Origin: Candidatus Bathyarchaeota archaeon
GTDB taxonomy: Archaea > Thermoproteota > Bathyarchaeia > Bathyarchaeales > Bathyarchaeaceae
Direction: 5' to 3'
DNA: 28,972 nucleotides
Assembly (NCBI GenBank): GCA_026014605.1
Contig: JAOZIC010000003.1
Coordinates: 1 to 28,972 of the forward strand
The position numbers were made by a program, and so were the translations under genes. Positions 25,884 through 28,972 of this stretch are shown piece after piece (within the stretch, counting starts at the first letter, position 1; every line of letters begins with the position of its first letter). The notes under the pieces are model-generated. The model made no database searches and was not told where the DNA came from. It saw nothing but the letters and a program-made list of their open reading frames with translations.

Positions 25884-26933
25884 TTATTTCGTACTCCTTT
25901 TTTTGGAAGGTTTTCGTGCAAAAACTATCTCGGACATTTCGTCAACAGGTACAATGTCTAAAATGTTTAGACCAGCGGCTTTCAAATGCTTGACATACTC
26001 GGCTAGGTTCACGACATCCCGTGATGAGTGGGGCTTGCTGCCAAGTTTCTTTCCATCAAAGGTTACAAAGTTCCATTCTAAGGTTTTTAATGCCTGTTCC
26101 CTAGAACTGTCTTTGAATCTTCGCAACACCAAATCTCCAGTGGGATTCAATGCATCCACAAGCTTCGGAATGAGCTCTGGGTCACTGCAACTTTGGTTGA
26201 AAGACGAAAAAATTGCGTCATAGCATTCCCCGATACGGTCAGTATAGAAGTCTCCAGAAATTACATGAACGCGGTCTGCCGTGTAATCATCGATGTACTT
26301 GCATGTTGTCGGAGTTATGGTTGGGCGATCAAATACGAATGCCTCAAGTTCGGGGTTGATAGCAGTAAAAGCGATCGAGTAGAGTCCGTGTCCGCCGCCA
26401 ACGTCAAGCAGTCTTTTCCAGCGACATACTTTCAGGTATTTTGTTACTGCTTTCATAACGTTGAAAACTGAGCCAGCTTCTGCCCATTCTGCGATGCCGA
26501 CTATCCAGTCACCATTAAACATGTCTTTTCGATTTCTGGTGATTGGACCATCCTTGAGCAGGGTTGCCAGTTGGTTCCAGTGGTTGGCGTTTCTTTTCAT
26601 GTTCTGCAGGGTGTGGCTCATGCACCGAGAAGAAGAACGTTTCAGGTAGTTATCAGCTAGTGGCGAATTAACGTATGCATCAGCCCTTTTTGTCAGCAAA
26701 CCAAGTTCGACCAGTGCATCACAAAACAGTTGAGTCATGATTTCTTGATAGCCCAGTTCTTTGGCTATTTCTTGGTAGGTTTTGGGAGTAACCGTGAAGT
26801 CAAACAGTCCGCTCTCCCATGCCGTCGTTATAAGATTATAACGCTTGAAGCCTTCCAGCGATTGCATGATTAGCGTGGAAAACGCTTTGGAGCGAGGAAA
26901 AGGGGGATTTAGTAGGTCGTCGGCGTCTTTCAT
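25884..26933 (-). CDS. Class I SAM-dependent methyltransferase (small-molecule O-methyltransferase family, N-terminal dimerisation wHTH)
   Basis: LLDVGGGHGLYS, FVFDRP, ISGDF; N-terminal LFD...TYQEIA.ELG. Confidence 0.85.
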   Translation of the reverse strand: MKDADDLLNPPFPRSKAFSTLIMQSLEGFKRYNLITTAWESGLFDFTVTPKTYQEIAKELGYQEIMTQLFCDALVELGLLTKRADAYVNSPLADNYLKRSSSRCMSHTLQNMKRNANHWNQLATLLKDGPITRNRKDMFNGDWIVGIAEWAEAGSVFNVMKAVTKYLKVCRWKRLLDVGGGHGLYSIAFTAINPELEAFVFDRPTITPTTCKYIDDYTADRVHVISGDFYTDRIGECYDAIFSSFNQSCSDPELIPKLVDALNPTGDLVLRRFKDSSREQALKTLEWNFVTFDGKKLGSKPHSSRDVVNLAEYVKHLKAAGLNILDIVPVDEMSEIVFARKPSKKRSTK

Positions 26934-27001
26934 TGTTTGTTACTCCCATTTGCACCAAGTTTCAGATTTTGTTAACGTCGTTGGGTTGCGCAGGTTGTAC
27001 C

Positions 27002-28120
27002 TCAGCGTAGACTTACAGGTCCGAAGGGGGCGTAAAGTTCTGCCAGTTCATCATAGCATGGTGCTCCAACGAGGAATGTGTATATTTCGTCAGCTTTTTC
27101 TTCAGGGTCAACATCCGAGAACTGGTCTGGATACAGAACTCTTCCGACGTAGTATGCGTCGGTTAGTACCATGCCGTAGTTTAGGTGGTACCAGTTGTAG
27201 CCTATCAGTCCGTATGTGCAGTTGTTTTTTATCGCATCCAAGTCTCCATATACGTCTGCGTGGTCTGCGACATCGGCTTGGCAGAGGCTTAAGCCGTAGT
27301 AGTCAATGAATATGATGTCGGGGTTGAGGCTAGGAATTATTTCTGCATCTATGCTTACTACCGAAGTGGAACCGTCAACCATCTCGTCAGTTATCACATT
27401 CTTTGAGTTGGTTAACGTGAAAGGAGCATAGTATGCATTGGTTGAAACTATTCCATGTTTTCCACCTGACGAAAGCCCACCTACATACACGGACACCTTT
27501 TCTGAGTCAGGTATGTCTGAGGTTCGGCTGTCAAGGTCGTCGATTATGTCGTTGAAGTAGTTGATGACTTCTGTAGCTCTGTCTTCCTTGTGTAAGATTT
27601 GACCGACAAGAGTAAGTCCATCATAGAATGTTTGAATTTCGTCAGCAGTATCTAACCCACCATAAACGATGCAAACAACAGGTATTCCTGTTTGAGCCTG
27701 CAAACCGTCAAAGTCTGGGCTTCTTGCATCTGAGCAGAATATTACATCAGGATTTTGGGCTGCAATGAGTTCAGGGTCTCCACCATGACCGGGACCAATT
27801 ACAGGCAACGAAGCATATTCAGGGTGCGCCATAGCGTATGGTCGTCCAGTAGGGTCTGATTCAGTTTCTTCAACTGCGCATATCAGGTCGGCGGCGTCCA
27901 TGTAAGTGAGCACCCGCAAACAACCGGAACATACTGCAACGACCCGATTGATTTCAGTGGGAACCGTCACGGTGCGACCGGCCATGTCCACGATTTCTTG
28001 GGTTTCAGGTTCCTGTTCTGGATTACCTGAAAGATTTGGGGTAAGGGCAACTGCGATTGCGGCGACTAAAATAACTGCCACAACTGCAATTACTGCTATT
28101 AGGTGTGTTTTTTTTACCAT
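27002..28120 (-). CDS. ABC transporter substrate-binding protein (class III, metal-chelate/cobalamin type), N-terminally anchored
   Basis: TM anchor; VDMAGRTVTVP..INRVV; DPELIAAQNPDVIF; E.I..LNPDIIF. Confidence 0.9.
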   Translation of the reverse strand: MVKKTHLIAVIAVVAVILVAAIAVALTPNLSGNPEQEPETQEIVDMAGRTVTVPTEINRVVAVCSGCLRVLTYMDAADLICAVEETESDPTGRPYAMAHPEYASLPVIGPGHGGDPELIAAQNPDVIFCSDARSPDFDGLQAQTGIPVVCIVYGGLDTADEIQTFYDGLTLVGQILHKEDRATEVINYFNDIIDDLDSRTSDIPDSEKVSVYVGGLSSGGKHGIVSTNAYYAPFTLTNSKNVITDEMVDGSTSVVSIDAEIIPSLNPDIIFIDYYGLSLCQADVADHADVYGDLDAIKNNCTYGLIGYNWYHLNYGMVLTDAYYVGRVLYPDQFSDVDPEEKADEIYTFLVGAPCYDELAELYAPFGPVSLR

Positions 28121-28122
28121 TT

Positions 28123-28896
28123 TTAGTTTTGACTCCTTTGTGAAGTTTGAATTACAAAATTTGTTACATCATCTAATCCGGACGCGGTTACGTCCATTTC
28201 TTCGCCGCTGAGGCCTTTTTCTTGGATTTCAGAACTGAAGGGGATTTGAGCGATTACCTTCTGTTCGCCAAGTTGTTGTATCATGGCAGCGGCAAGTTGG
28301 TCATTGATTTTGTTAAGAATAAAATAAACAGGCTTGTTTGCTTCACCCACCATTGCAGCGGTTTTCTTGGATAGTTTAATGGACTCGTATGAGGGGTCCA
28401 AAACCATTAAAACGACATCAACCCCAGTTGCTACACCTCTGGCCAGGTGTTCTGTTCCTGCTTCGGTGTCGATTATTGCTACGTCTTTTGGTTCAAGTTT
28501 TAGGTGGGTAACAAAATCTTTAGAGAGTCCACCCATTGGGCACGCGCAACCTTCGCCAAAATGTTGCAGTTTTCCGATTTGCATAAGGTATAGGTCATCT
28601 TTTTTTGAGATGCATTCAACGGGTATTTGGTCTATTGTCCAGTTTTGGTTGATTACGGGGGTCTTTTTTCCGTCGTAGTATGCTGTTAGTATTTTGCTTA
28701 GTAATGTTTTTTTTCCGCCCATTTGATCCATGAGTGATGTTGGGCTCTCTAGTCCAAGTTGGTTGTTGAGTCCGTAGTTTGATTCGTCTGTGTCCACGAC
28801 TAGGACTCTGTATCCTTTTTGGAGCAGGTTTTTTGCGAGTATGGAAGCGATTGTGCTTTTTCCGCTGCCTCCTTTTCCGCAGATTAATATTTTCAT
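28123..28896 (-). CDS. CooC/AcsF-like MinD-family ATPase (Ni-insertion type)
   Basis: GKGGSGKS deviant Walker A, VDTD, GEGCAC (CxC) and IDTEAG motifs. Confidence 0.85.
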   Translation of the reverse strand: MKILICGKGGSGKSTIASILAKNLLQKGYRVLVVDTDESNYGLNNQLGLESPTSLMDQMGGKKTLLSKILTAYYDGKKTPVINQNWTIDQIPVECISKKDDLYLMQIGKLQHFGEGCACPMGGLSKDFVTHLKLEPKDVAIIDTEAGTEHLARGVATGVDVVLMVLDPSYESIKLSKKTAAMVGEANKPVYFILNKINDQLAAAMIQQLGEQKVIAQIPFSSEIQEKGLSGEEMDVTASGLDDVTNFVIQTSQRSQN

Positions 28897-28972
28897 TTTT
28901 GTTGTTCCCCAAGGGTATTTGTTTTATGTGAAAGTGAAATACGAAATTCAATCACAATTAATAAGTATTACT

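Noticed and set aside
171-28951. Short antisense or alternate-frame ORFs in the track (e.g. 5947..6234, 14065..14289, 17866..18210, 22004..22312, 26845..27309, 28616..28951)
   Set aside because: They overlap well-supported genes, lack motifs and RBS, and are expected shadows
28897-28972. NikR operator or riboswitch upstream of the CooC/ABC operon
   Set aside because: Only a GTAATAC-like half-site at the window edge with no partner at a plausible spacing; the region is truncated

Overview
Archaeal chromosomal window, most likely Bathyarchaeia or a related TACK lineage. This is inferred from a TFE-beta gene, separate kae1 and bud32, an archaeal uS15, a REC-PAS kinase and many NosD-like beta-helix proteins. 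Housekeeping genes are rdgB-rps15-DHH/RecJ(Cdc45-like)-pcc1, kae1-bud32, tfeB-rlmE-DUF4152, psmB-AMMECR1-glycosyltransferase, and a CooC-like ATPase/ABC metal-uptake/methyltransferase operon. They are interleaved with six ORFs (seven gene-equivalents) for secreted parallel beta-helix surface proteins, five ending in a PEF-CTERM-type anchor. The strongest unexplained signal is a paired GTCAA-N6-TTGAC dyad abutting the BRE of three weak-TATA promoters of these surface genes. Two copies lie in an 88%-identical 77-bp terminator/operator/promoter module that brackets exactly one gene. Other signals are an apparent stop-loss fusion of two surface genes, block-wise switching of synonymous codon endings, a probable inversion splitting the KEOPS-rdgB cluster, and a Thr1->Ala proteasome beta subunit. 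No tRNA, rRNA, CRISPR array, transposase, integrase or reverse transcriptase was seen. All counts are by hand; no database searches were run.
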